From NCBI GenBank assembly GCA_038231135.1, contig JBBRLX010000001.1, positions 160,001 to 224,000 on the forward strand: 64,000 bases of DNA, written 5' to 3'. The DNA is from Candidatus Eiseniibacteriota bacterium (GTDB taxonomy: Bacteria; Eisenbacteria; RBG-16-71-46). This document shows positions 9,028-17,982 of the stretch, piece after piece; position 1 is the stretch's first letter; each line of letters opens with the position of its first letter. The position numbers were made by a program, and so were the translations under genes. The notes below the pieces were generated by a model. That model saw only the letters and a program-made list of their open reading frames with translations. It was not told the DNA's origin and ran no database searches.

Positions 9028-9275
9028 GCCCGCACACGAACTGGCTGACGCCCGCGGCCGATCCCGCCCGCACGATTCCGGCAACGGCGGACGAACGCGC
9101 GTGGACGATCGACAGCGCGCTGGGCTCGCTCGATTCCGAGCAGCGCCGCCTCGAGCGCCTGGGCTTCGAGCTGCCGCTCGCCCGGTGCCGCGAGCAGCGC
9201 CGGTTCTGGGAATTCGTCCACGCCGTGAGCGCGCTCGAGCCTCGCGCGGATTCGCGGCTGCGGAGGACCGCGTGA
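9024..9275 (+). CDS. Small helical hypothetical protein (83 aa)
   Basis: Translationally coupled on both sides (ATGA and GTGA overlaps). Confidence 0.6.
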   Translation: MSPHTNWLTPAADPARTIPATADERAWTIDSALGSLDSEQRRLERLGFELPLARCREQRRFWEFVHAVSALEPRADSRLRRTA

Positions 9276-10195
9276 CGCGTAAAGACGAGAAGCACCTGCC
9301 GCCGGAAGCACCGGGGCCTCGCGGCAAGCTGCGGCTCGTTGGTCACGCCGGTCACCCGTCGGAGCTCGATCGCGTCACGCATCCCGCGCAGTGGCAGCGG
9401 GCGCACGTGCCGACGATCGCGATCGCGAGCGGCAAGGGCGGAGTGGGCAAGAGCAATCTCGCCGCGAATCTGGCGGTGGCGCTGGGCGAGGCCGGGGCGC
9501 GCGTGCTGCTCGTCGACGCCGATCTCGCCCAGGCGAACCTCGACCTGCTGCTGGGCGTGCATCCGCGCTTCGACCTGCAGCACGTGCTGTCGGGCGAGAA
9601 GCAGCCCGAGGACATCGTCATCAAGGCTTCGAAGGGCGTGAAGCTCGTGCCGGCGTCGTCCGGCGTGCCGGAGCTCGCGGAACTCGACGACTACCGGCGC
9701 GAGTGCCTGCTGCGCGCACTGGGCTCGCTCGAGGTCGACACCGACATCGTGCTGCTCGACCTGGCGTCGGGAGTGTCGGGCGGAGTGACCGGGATCTGCC
9801 ATGCGGCCGACGAGGTGATCGTGGTCACCACGCCCGAGATGCCGGCGTTCTCGGACGCCTACGCGCTGATCAAGCTGTTGCACCAGCAGGGTCGCAAGCG
9901 GCCGCCGCATCTGGTCGTGAGCATGGCCGACACCGCCGAGGAAGCCCGCGAGACGGCGCACCGCATCCGCCTCGTCGCGCGCCGGTTCCTCACGGTGGAC
10001 ATCGATTTTCTTGGTTGTGTGCCGTTCGATCCCGCGGTCGCGCGGGCCGTGCGGCGCCAGGAACCCGTCCTTACCGCCTACCCCCAGTCCCCGGCAGCCG
10101 CGGCGTATCGCGAGCTGGCAGGACGGCTGTGGGAGGCGCAGGAGCCCGATCCGTCGATCCGGACTCCGCATGTACCGCAGCGTCTCGAAGCCTAA
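9272..10195 (+). CDS. flhG: FlhG/FleN-family MinD-like ATPase
   Basis: IASGKGGVGKSN, DADLAQANLDLLLG, VVTTPEMPAFSDAYALIK; immediately upstream of fliA. Confidence 0.85.
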   Translation: MTRKDEKHLPPEAPGPRGKLRLVGHAGHPSELDRVTHPAQWQRAHVPTIAIASGKGGVGKSNLAANLAVALGEAGARVLLVDADLAQANLDLLLGVHPRFDLQHVLSGEKQPEDIVIKASKGVKLVPASSGVPELAELDDYRRECLLRALGSLEVDTDIVLLDLASGVSGGVTGICHAADEVIVVTTPEMPAFSDAYALIKLLHQQGRKRPPHLVVSMADTAEEARETAHRIRLVARRFLTVDIDFLGCVPFDPAVARAVRRQEPVLTAYPQSPAAAAYRELAGRLWEAQEPDPSIRTPHVPQRLEA

Positions 10196-10204
10196 GGAGT
10201 CCCC

Positions 10205-11035
10205 ATGCCGCGAACCGCTCCGTCCATTCGTCGCACCCCGCCGCTCCGCATCACCCGTCGCGCCCCCGCGGTGGTAACGGCCCCGGCGCCACCGCCGGCG
10301 CCGCGCGCCACATCGTATTCGAAGGACGAGCTGCTCAAGCGGTTCGCGCCGCTGGTCCGCCACGTGGTGGAGCGCGTCGCGGCCACGCTGCCGAAGAACG
10401 TCGATCACGAGGACCTGTACTCCGCCGGAGTGCTTGGCCTGCTGGACGCGCATGCCAAGTTCGACACCGGCAAGGGCGTCAAGTTCGAGACCTACGCGGT
10501 GTGGCGCATCAAGGGCGCCGTGCTCGACCAGTTGCGGTCGCTGGACTGGGTGTCGCGGTCCATGCGGCGCAAGGCCCGGAACCTGGACGGCGTGACGCGC
10601 AAGCTCGACCAGAAGCTCGGCCGCGCCGCCTCCGAGGAGGAGGTCGCCCGCGAGATGAAGATGTCGACGCCCGATTTCTACCGGTTGCTCGATCACGTGC
10701 GCGGCGCCGTGCTGGTGTCGCTCGACGAGAGCCGCTCCGGCGAGGACCACGAGCCGTCGACGCTCGGCGACCATCTGCCGGATCCGTCGGTGGTGAACGT
10801 GGAGGCGCGGCTCGAGGAGGAGCAGTCGCGCGTCGTCGTGCTGCGGACGCTCGACCAGCTCCCGGAGCAGGAGCGGCTGGTCGTGGCGCTCTACTATTAC
10901 GAGCACATGACGCTGAACGAGATCGGCCGCGCGCTCGGCATCAGCGAGTCGCGGGTGTCGCAGGTGCACAGCCGCGCGATGCTGCGGCTCCGCATGCGGC
11001 TGCACAAGAACCTGCATGGAGAGATGGCCGCCTGA
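10205..11035 (+). CDS. fliA: FliA/WhiG family sigma28 factor
   Basis: DLYSAGVLGLLDA, KFETYAVWRIKGAVLDQLRSLDW.SRS.R, EIGRALGISESRVSQVHSRA. Confidence 0.95.
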   Translation: MPRTAPSIRRTPPLRITRRAPAVVTAPAPPPAPRATSYSKDELLKRFAPLVRHVVERVAATLPKNVDHEDLYSAGVLGLLDAHAKFDTGKGVKFETYAVWRIKGAVLDQLRSLDWVSRSMRRKARNLDGVTRKLDQKLGRAASEEEVAREMKMSTPDFYRLLDHVRGAVLVSLDESRSGEDHEPSTLGDHLPDPSVVNVEARLEEEQSRVVVLRTLDQLPEQERLVVALYYYEHMTLNEIGRALGISESRVSQVHSRAMLRLRMRLHKNLHGEMAA

Positions 11036-11430
11036 TGGCCACACAAGGAGGTCCGCTGCTGCTGGTGAGTCCGGCACTCGCGTTTCGCGACCGGATGCTG
11101 CAGCTGGCGGAGCGCATCGAGTCGGCCGGAACGACGGATGCCGCCGAATTGCGGCAGGCTGTCGCGACCTGGTGGCTCGAGCAGCAGGACTGGGAGCGCA
11201 CGCTCGGCGCCCGGCTCGAGATGCACCACGAGATCAACAACGCGCTGGTGGGTGTACGCGGTCACGCGCAGCTTCTGCTCCACGGTTCCGCCGGGAGCGA
11301 GCCGAAGGTGCGCGATCGTCTGGAGGTGATCATCCGTGAATCAGGACGCATCGAAAAAGCCGCGCAGCAGATCCGGGAAGTCCGCAACAGCCTCCCCGGA
11401 TCCGATCCGCCGTCGTCGCACGCAGCCTGA
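11035..11430 (+). CDS. HisKA (DHp)-only protein, 131 aa
   Basis: H-box HHEINNALVGVRG with no HATPase_c domain; TGATG coupling to fliA. Confidence 0.7.
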   Translation: MATQGGPLLLVSPALAFRDRMLQLAERIESAGTTDAAELRQAVATWWLEQQDWERTLGARLEMHHEINNALVGVRGHAQLLLHGSAGSEPKVRDRLEVIIRESGRIEKAAQQIREVRNSLPGSDPPSSHAA

Positions 11431-12484
11431 CTCGCGGAGCCTGTCCGCCGCCGCGCCGGGACGCCGGGCAGACCCCCGGTCCGCCGATCGCGCCGCTGCC
11501 GGGACGCACGGCGAGACGGTGGCGCCCGCCGCCCGCCGCACCGACACGCATGGGGTGCCGCGGGAGCGTCGCGGGGATGGCGCGGTTCCGGCGGCGTCCG
11601 AACGCCGTCGCGCGTCGCGGTTCCTGTGGTCCGCGTGCGAGGCGCTGCTCGCCGCGGCGGCCGAGCCGCGCTCGCTGAATCGCGCGCTCGACATGCTCAA
11701 GCAGGCGTTCGAATGCGATGGCGTCGCGCTGCACGCGCTCGCGCCGTCGGGGAAGCTCGAGCCGTGGAGCACGCGGGGCGCGTGGAAGAGCACCGCCGGC
11801 GACCTCCGCGACTGCATGAGCGTGCCGCTGTTCCGCGGCGACGAGCGGGTGGGCACGCTCGACCTGCGCGCGGCGCCGGGACAGAGCTGGCGTCCGGGGC
11901 AGCTCGGCCTGATTCGCACCGCCGCCGGTGCGCTGGGTGCGGCGCTCGGCGCGCGCATCGAGCTGCAGCGGCTCCGCACCCTGCCCGGCCGCGATTCGCT
12001 CACCGGCCTGGCGGACGCCCGCGCGCTCCACACCCGTCTCGGCGAGGAGCTGACGCGCTCCCACCGGCACGGCATGCCGGTGTCGCTGGTCGTGCTCGAT
12101 CTCGACCATCTCGCGGGCGTCAACACCCGCTACGGCCGCGAGACCGGCGACGCGGTGCTGTCGGAGACCGCACTGGTGCTCAAGCTGCAGCTGCGCGAGA
12201 CGGACCTGGTGGCGCGGCTCGAGGGCGATTCGTTCGGAATGATGCTGCCCGAGACCGACCGTGATTCGGCGCTGCGCTGCGCCGATCGCGTGCGGCGGGC
12301 GGTTGAGGAGCACCGGTTCGCGCGGATCGGTCACATCAGCGCCAGTGCCGGCGTCGCGGCGTGCCCGGCCGACGGCAGCGAAGCCATCGAATTGATCGAA
12401 CTCGCCGAGCGTGCGCTGGGACTCGCGAAGAAGGCGGGCCGGCGGCGCGTGATGACCGTGGCGTCCCCCGGACCGGTTCATTGA
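11336..12484 (+). CDS. GAF-like plus degenerate GGDEF domain protein (start uncertain)
   Basis: DSLTGL, LDLDHL..VNTRYG..TGDAVL, RETD I-site, active site reads EGDSF. Confidence 0.85.
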   Translation: MNQDASKKPRSRSGKSATASPDPIRRRRTQPDSRSLSAAAPGRRADPRSADRAAAGTHGETVAPAARRTDTHGVPRERRGDGAVPAASERRRASRFLWSACEALLAAAAEPRSLNRALDMLKQAFECDGVALHALAPSGKLEPWSTRGAWKSTAGDLRDCMSVPLFRGDERVGTLDLRAAPGQSWRPGQLGLIRTAAGALGAALGARIELQRLRTLPGRDSLTGLADARALHTRLGEELTRSHRHGMPVSLVVLDLDHLAGVNTRYGRETGDAVLSETALVLKLQLRETDLVARLEGDSFGMMLPETDRDSALRCADRVRRAVEEHRFARIGHISASAGVAACPADGSEAIELIELAERALGLAKKAGRRRVMTVASPGPVH

Positions 12485-14235
12485 TGACCGGCCCCGAGCT
12501 CCACGTGGCCCATGACGCCCACACGGAGCCCGTGGACCCGGACGATCGCCCCGCGCGTATTCTCGTCGTCGACGACGAGGCGACGGTGGCGGAGATCTTC
12601 CAGGAGTTCCTCACCGACCAGGGCCACGAGATCGCGGTCGCATCGACCGGCGAGCAGGCCCAGCAGATGATCCCGCAGTTCAATCCCGACATCGTGCTCA
12701 CCGACATCAACCTGCCGGGCACGTCGGGGCTCGAGGTGATGCGGTTCGCGAAGCGGCACGATCCGGAGACCGCGGTGATCGTGGTCACGGGCCACGCCTC
12801 GGCCGCGACCGCGATCGATGCGCTGCGCCAGGGCGCGTACGACTACATCACGAAGCCGTTCGATCTCGACGAGGTGCACCAGATCGTCGAGCGCGGACTC
12901 GCGAACCGCCGGCTGCGTTCGATCAACCGCCGGCTGGTCGAGGAGCTGCGCCAGAAGAACGAGATCCTCGAGTACCACGAGCAGGAGCTGCGCGAGCGTG
13001 TCGAGCAGGCCACCGCCCAGCTCAAGCGGCTGTACGACGTCGGCATGGAGGTCAGCGCCGACCTCGAGCTGGCGCCGCGGCTGCGCCTGATCGCCGAGAA
13101 GAGCGCCGTGCTGTGCGGCGCGGCATCGGCGATCGTGTTCCTCGTCCAGCCGGAGCAGAACGACTGCTGGGCCGCCGCCATTCACGGCCTCGAGCTGCCG
13201 CCGCTCGAAGACGGCCAGGTCCGCTGGCTGCACCGCGACGAGGCGCTGGCGCCGGCGGTGCTGGAACCGCGCACGCTGCGCCGCGCGGTCGCGCCCGGGG
13301 CGCCGGCCGAACAGGTGGCGGGCATCGCGGGCTTGAGCTTCCGCACGCTGCTCGCCGCGCCGATGATCGCGGACGGTAACGTGATCGGCATGGTCGCGCT
13401 GTTCGACAAGCCGAACGGGTTCAGCGAGGACGATCAGAGCTTCCTCGAGCTGTTCGCGACGCAGACCGCGATCGCGGTGCGCAACTCGCAGCTCTACGAG
13501 GACACCAAGAGCCTCGACCGTCTCAAGTCCGAGTTCGTGGCCGTGGTGTCGCACGAGATCCGCACGCCACTCACGTCGATCAAGGGCTCGATCGAGCTGC
13601 TGTCGGACCCACGATACTTCCCGAGCACCGAGCAGCAGGCCAAGCTGCTGACGATCGCGAGCGCGAACACCGAGCGGCTGCTGGTGCTGATCAAGGACAT
13701 CCTCGACTTCTCCAAGCTCGACTCGTCGTCGATGCGGCTCAACCAGGAGCTGCAGCCGCTCGAGCCGGTGATCGAGCACGCGATCCACAATCTGCGGACG
13801 CTGCTCGAGGAACATCGCATCGAGCTGCAGCTGCGGATCGAACCGGGACTGCCCCAGGTCGCGATCGACGCGGGACGCGTGATGCAGGTGCTCACGAACC
13901 TGGTCTCGAACGCGATCAAGTTCTCGCCCGCGGGCGCCGCCATCGAGGTCCGTGCCGAACAGGTCGGCGGCGAGCTGCAGGTGTGCGTGCGCGATCACGG
14001 CGAGGGCATCGCACCCCAGGACCTGACGAAACTGTTCCGCAAGTTCTCGCAGATCGACTCCGCCGCGACCCGCAAGGCGGGCGGCGCGGGTCTCGGTCTC
14101 GTGATCTGCAAGGGCATCGTCGAGCAGCACGGCGGCCGGATGTGGGTCGAGAGCGAAGTGGGCGTGGGCAGCCAGTTCTACTTCACGCTGGCTCCGTCCG
14201 GGCGCACCGCGCTCGAACCGGCGAACCGACCCTGA
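12484..14235 (+). CDS. Hybrid REC-GAF-histidine kinase
   Basis: ILVVDDE receiver, GAF, SHEIRTPL, NLVSNAIKF, DHGEG, GAGLGL. Confidence 0.93.
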   Translation: MTGPELHVAHDAHTEPVDPDDRPARILVVDDEATVAEIFQEFLTDQGHEIAVASTGEQAQQMIPQFNPDIVLTDINLPGTSGLEVMRFAKRHDPETAVIVVTGHASAATAIDALRQGAYDYITKPFDLDEVHQIVERGLANRRLRSINRRLVEELRQKNEILEYHEQELRERVEQATAQLKRLYDVGMEVSADLELAPRLRLIAEKSAVLCGAASAIVFLVQPEQNDCWAAAIHGLELPPLEDGQVRWLHRDEALAPAVLEPRTLRRAVAPGAPAEQVAGIAGLSFRTLLAAPMIADGNVIGMVALFDKPNGFSEDDQSFLELFATQTAIAVRNSQLYEDTKSLDRLKSEFVAVVSHEIRTPLTSIKGSIELLSDPRYFPSTEQQAKLLTIASANTERLLVLIKDILDFSKLDSSSMRLNQELQPLEPVIEHAIHNLRTLLEEHRIELQLRIEPGLPQVAIDAGRVMQVLTNLVSNAIKFSPAGAAIEVRAEQVGGELQVCVRDHGEGIAPQDLTKLFRKFSQIDSAATRKAGGAGLGLVICKGIVEQHGGRMWVESEVGVGSQFYFTLAPSGRTALEPANRP

Positions 14236-14324
14236 TTCCCGATCCGGAATCGGGGCGCCGCCGGCGCAATTCCGCGGCGGTGCGTTCGCGTCCGGACTCG
14301 GCACGGGACCTCGCCGCGGAGCGC

Positions 14325-15344
14325 GTGCTGCTGATCGACTGCCTCGATTCCCAGGGCAGCCGGACCATCGACGCCGCGGCCCGCGGCCGCGCGCTCGCGC
14401 TGTGCGCGGGCGAGGTCGAGATCCTGACGATCGATCTGCGCGACGGCGCGCCCGCGCCCGCCCGCTCGCTCGCCGCCCAGCTCGCCGGGGCCTGTGCTCG
14501 CCTGACGCCGGACCGGCTGGTGATCGCGTCCGCGCTGCCGTGCGGCCGCGACATCGTGCGCGCGATGCCGCGGCCGGCGGCCGCCGTGTGGTGGCCGACC
14601 GGGCTGCCGCAGGCCCCGCGGCCATCCCGGGCATGGACGCCGTTTGGATCGGGCGCGGCGGCGGTGCCGTCGCTGCACGATTGCGATGGCGCCGGGACGG
14701 CGGCGGACCCCGGCGTCGCGACTGCGGCGGCGCTCGACTGGGCGGTTCACGAGGACTCCGGCGTCGCGCGGGCCCGGATCACGCTGTGGGACGGCCGCTA
14801 CCTGCTCGCCCCGGTGCCGCTGTCCGGGGTGCCCGGGCACGAACTGCTGCGCGCGTTCGCGGCGCTCGATGCGCGCTGGAATCGCGTCGAGCTCGTGGTG
14901 CTCGGTGCCGCCGACCCCGCGTTCCATCATGCGGCGCGGCGCCTCGGCATCGGGGCCCGCCTGCACTTCGCGGGCGCCGCCACCGCGGATGCCGAGCTGA
15001 CCTGGCTCGCGAGCGCCGCGGGCGCGATGTTCGCGACCGACGCCCCGGTCGCCGCCTCGCTGATCGTACGCGCGATCGCGTGCGGTACGCCGGTGTTCGT
15101 CGCCGGCTCCCGGCTCGCGAACGCGGTGAATCCGTGGCTCGCCCACCACGGCACGCTCCCGGCGTCGTGGCCGCTCGATCCCGAGCCGTTGCGGGTACGG
15201 CTGGAGTCGCTGCTCGACCACGATCACGAGCTGGAGGTGGCGACCCGCCAGGGCCGCGCGATCGCGGCGCGCCACCAGACGCGGGCGCTGTCGGTGCGCC
15301 TGGCGGTGGCCCTCGGCCGCCCGCCCCGGAGCCGCGCCGCCTGA
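14325..15344 (+). CDS. Divergent GT-B (GT4-like) glycosyltransferase-fold protein (start uncertain)
   Basis: LLRAFAAL..LVVLG..LGIGARLHFAG..RAIACGTPV pattern. Confidence 0.55.
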   Translation: MLLIDCLDSQGSRTIDAAARGRALALCAGEVEILTIDLRDGAPAPARSLAAQLAGACARLTPDRLVIASALPCGRDIVRAMPRPAAAVWWPTGLPQAPRPSRAWTPFGSGAAAVPSLHDCDGAGTAADPGVATAAALDWAVHEDSGVARARITLWDGRYLLAPVPLSGVPGHELLRAFAALDARWNRVELVVLGAADPAFHHAARRLGIGARLHFAGAATADAELTWLASAAGAMFATDAPVAASLIVRAIACGTPVFVAGSRLANAVNPWLAHHGTLPASWPLDPEPLRVRLESLLDHDHELEVATRQGRAIAARHQTRALSVRLAVALGRPPRSRAA

Positions 15345-15450
15345 CATCGGGCGAACCAGGTCCCCGCGGCCGATGCGCATCGATGTACGTTGTCGCGGCC
15401 GTCGCTTCGCCCTATCGTGCACGCCACCACTTCATGTACCGGAGGATCTC

Positions 15451-16389
15451 GTGCGCATTCTGGTGACCGGGGGGGCCGGGTTCATCGGCTCGAGCCTCGT
15501 GGATCGATGGGTGACGGACGGGCATCAGGTCGCGATCCTCGACAACCTGTCGACCGGCAGGCGTGACTATGTGAATCCGCGCGCGACGTTCCTCGAGCTC
15601 GACATCGTGGATGCGCCGGCGGTCGATCGCGCGATCGGCGAGTTCCGGCCCGAGGTGGTGAGCCATCACGCGGCGCAGATGGACGTGCGCCGGTCGGTGC
15701 TCGATCCGGCGTTCGACGCCCGCACCAACGTGCTCGGCTCGATCGCCCTGCTCGAGGCGTGCGCGCGCCACGGCGTCCGCAAGGTGATCTACGCATCGAC
15801 GGGCGGCGCGATCTACGGCGAAGGCCGCTCGCTGCCGGCCGCCGAAGATCATCCCATCCATCCCGAATCGCCGTATGGCGCGAGCAAGTATGCGGTCGAG
15901 CTGTATCTGAAAATCTGGCAGCAGCTCCATGGGCTCGACTTCACGGTGCTGCGCTATCCCAATGTATTCGGCCCCCGCCAGAACCCTCACGGCGAGGCGG
16001 GGGTGAATGCCATCTTCATCGGGCTCATGCTCGCCGGCCAGCGGCCGCGCATCTTCGGCCACGGTGACGCGGTGCGCGACTACCTGTTCGTCGACGACGT
16101 CGTCGCGGCGAACGTGCTGGCGCTCGGCAGCGCGGGGGGCGAGGTGATGAATCTCGGCACCGGCGTCCCGACCTCGGTGACCGACATCGTGCGTGAGCTG
16201 AACGGCGTGCTCGGCACGAACCTCGAGCCGATCCAAGAGCCCGACCGGCCCGGCGAGATCCAGCGCATCTACCTCGACGCCGCCCGCGCGAACCGGTTGC
16301 TGGGATGGACGCCCACGGTGACGTTCCGCGAGGGCTTGCGGCGCACCGTGGACTGGGCGCGCGCGCGCGGGGCGCAGATCAGCGCGTGA
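15451..16389 (+). CDS. NAD-dependent epimerase/dehydratase (UDP-glucose 4-epimerase-like)
   Basis: ILVTGGAGFIGS, DNLSTG, PYGASK, RYPNVFGPRQ; SD GGAGG before GTG. Confidence 0.93.
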   Translation: MRILVTGGAGFIGSSLVDRWVTDGHQVAILDNLSTGRRDYVNPRATFLELDIVDAPAVDRAIGEFRPEVVSHHAAQMDVRRSVLDPAFDARTNVLGSIALLEACARHGVRKVIYASTGGAIYGEGRSLPAAEDHPIHPESPYGASKYAVELYLKIWQQLHGLDFTVLRYPNVFGPRQNPHGEAGVNAIFIGLMLAGQRPRIFGHGDAVRDYLFVDDVVAANVLALGSAGGEVMNLGTGVPTSVTDIVRELNGVLGTNLEPIQEPDRPGEIQRIYLDAARANRLLGWTPTVTFREGLRRTVDWARARGAQISA

Positions 16390-17953
16390 GGTGCAGCTCG
16401 ATCAAGCCCACGGCGGAGCGGTCGGCGGCGCCCTTCACGTGCCCGAGCTGATCGATCCAGCGGTAGCCGCCGGTCAGCTGCACGTTGACGCCGCTCGCCG
16501 GCCACCAGCGCACGCCCAGTTCGAGCTGGCGGGTGGTTTCGACCACGCCTTCGAATTGCGCCGAATCCACGATCGGCGACCGGGGCAGGAACGGCTCGTT
16601 CAGATCGTTCTCGCCTTTGTCGTAACGGGTGACGCGCGCGTTGAGCTGCAGCGCGGGGCTCAGGTCCCACGCGCCGCGCACGCGGATGCGGCGCGCGTCC
16701 GGCGCGAACGGGAATCCCAGCGACTGACCCTGGGCGACGTACGACCGCCCGAAGAACGACGTGTAGACGAACCGCGTGACGCGCGTGTACTCGCCGCCCC
16801 AGGTGAGCCGCGTGTCGCCGACGGCGCCGACGCCGTCGTAGCCGAGCTGGAACGCGTACTTGTTCGGGTTCCGGCCGCTCTTCGCGTGCAGGTCGTCGAT
16901 CAGCAGCTCGCCGTAGACGCGGGTGCCGTTCGCGATGCGCCAGCTGGCGTCGAACGCCGACAGGATGTTGTTGCGGTGGGCGATCAGCGAATCCGGCTCC
17001 TTCTGGAGGTCCAGTCGCTGCACCAGCACGTAGGGGATCGCGCCCAGCACGTAGAGCGGCTGCCAGCCCGGCCACTTGTAGCGCGCGGCCTCGGTGACGC
17101 CGAGTCGCAGGTTGTCGTGGGGCTGCCACTCGATGCGATGGGCGGCGAGCTGCTCGCCTTCGGCCTGTTCCACGGTCGCCGACAGCGCCATGAAATCGAG
17201 GCGCAGCGCCTCGAGGTGCGCGCGCATCATCAGGCCGACCATCGACGGCGCGGTGCTCGACAGCACGAGCGACCCTTCCTCGCCCGGTCCCCAGTTCCAG
17301 CGGCTCTCGCCGAACTGCACCGCCCAGCGCTGCCGGTCGCCGGTGTAGGCGATATACGTCTCCTCCGTCAGCACCACGAAATCGTTGTTCGGAACGATCG
17401 GGTCCGCGAACGACCGGGCGCTGTCGAATTGGCCCGCGACGAATCTCGAGTAGACCAGCCAGCGATCGAGCGCCACCGCGGCGCGCGTCTCGGAGCCCGA
17501 GCCATTGAGGAACCGCCGGCCATGCTGGTCGATCTGCGCGCTGCCCGAGATGCCGGTCGAGATCTCGAACCGCTGGTCGTCCTCGGAGCGCTGGTAGAGC
17601 CGCGGGGTCGAGTGGTAGGCGGGATCCGGCGTGTACCAATCGGCCGCATCGCGACCGAACGCCCGTTCGATCCGCGCCACCGACATGCGGTAGCGGGGAT
17701 CCGGATTCTGTAACGGAGCGCCGGTGCCCATGAGATCGAGGAGCTGATAGGGACGGCTATTGATGTGGGGCAGCAGGATGCGCCCTTGCAGCGGGGTGGG
17801 GTCGAGCGTATCGAGGATGCGGAACTCGGCCTCGAGCGGATCACCTACCGACAGGTAGTCGAACGGAGTGGCGCGTGCGCGGGTGGGCGCGAGACACATC
17901 ACGATCGCCGCGAGGGCGGTCAGCACACGAGGGAGGTATGACGGATGTCGCAT
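16379..17953 (-). CDS. Capsule assembly Wzi-like outer-membrane beta-barrel protein
   Basis: Signal peptide; FGESRWNWGPG..GSLVLS, AAHRIEW, LGVTE, YGELLIDD motifs. Confidence 0.7.
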   Translation of the reverse strand: MRHPSYLPRVLTALAAIVMCLAPTRARATPFDYLSVGDPLEAEFRILDTLDPTPLQGRILLPHINSRPYQLLDLMGTGAPLQNPDPRYRMSVARIERAFGRDAADWYTPDPAYHSTPRLYQRSEDDQRFEISTGISGSAQIDQHGRRFLNGSGSETRAAVALDRWLVYSRFVAGQFDSARSFADPIVPNNDFVVLTEETYIAYTGDRQRWAVQFGESRWNWGPGEEGSLVLSSTAPSMVGLMMRAHLEALRLDFMALSATVEQAEGEQLAAHRIEWQPHDNLRLGVTEAARYKWPGWQPLYVLGAIPYVLVQRLDLQKEPDSLIAHRNNILSAFDASWRIANGTRVYGELLIDDLHAKSGRNPNKYAFQLGYDGVGAVGDTRLTWGGEYTRVTRFVYTSFFGRSYVAQGQSLGFPFAPDARRIRVRGAWDLSPALQLNARVTRYDKGENDLNEPFLPRSPIVDSAQFEGVVETTRQLELGVRWWPASGVNVQLTGGYRWIDQLGHVKGAADRSAVGLIELHLTR

Positions 17954-17982
17954 CGTCCATCATGCTACCAGCGCCCGGCGGG

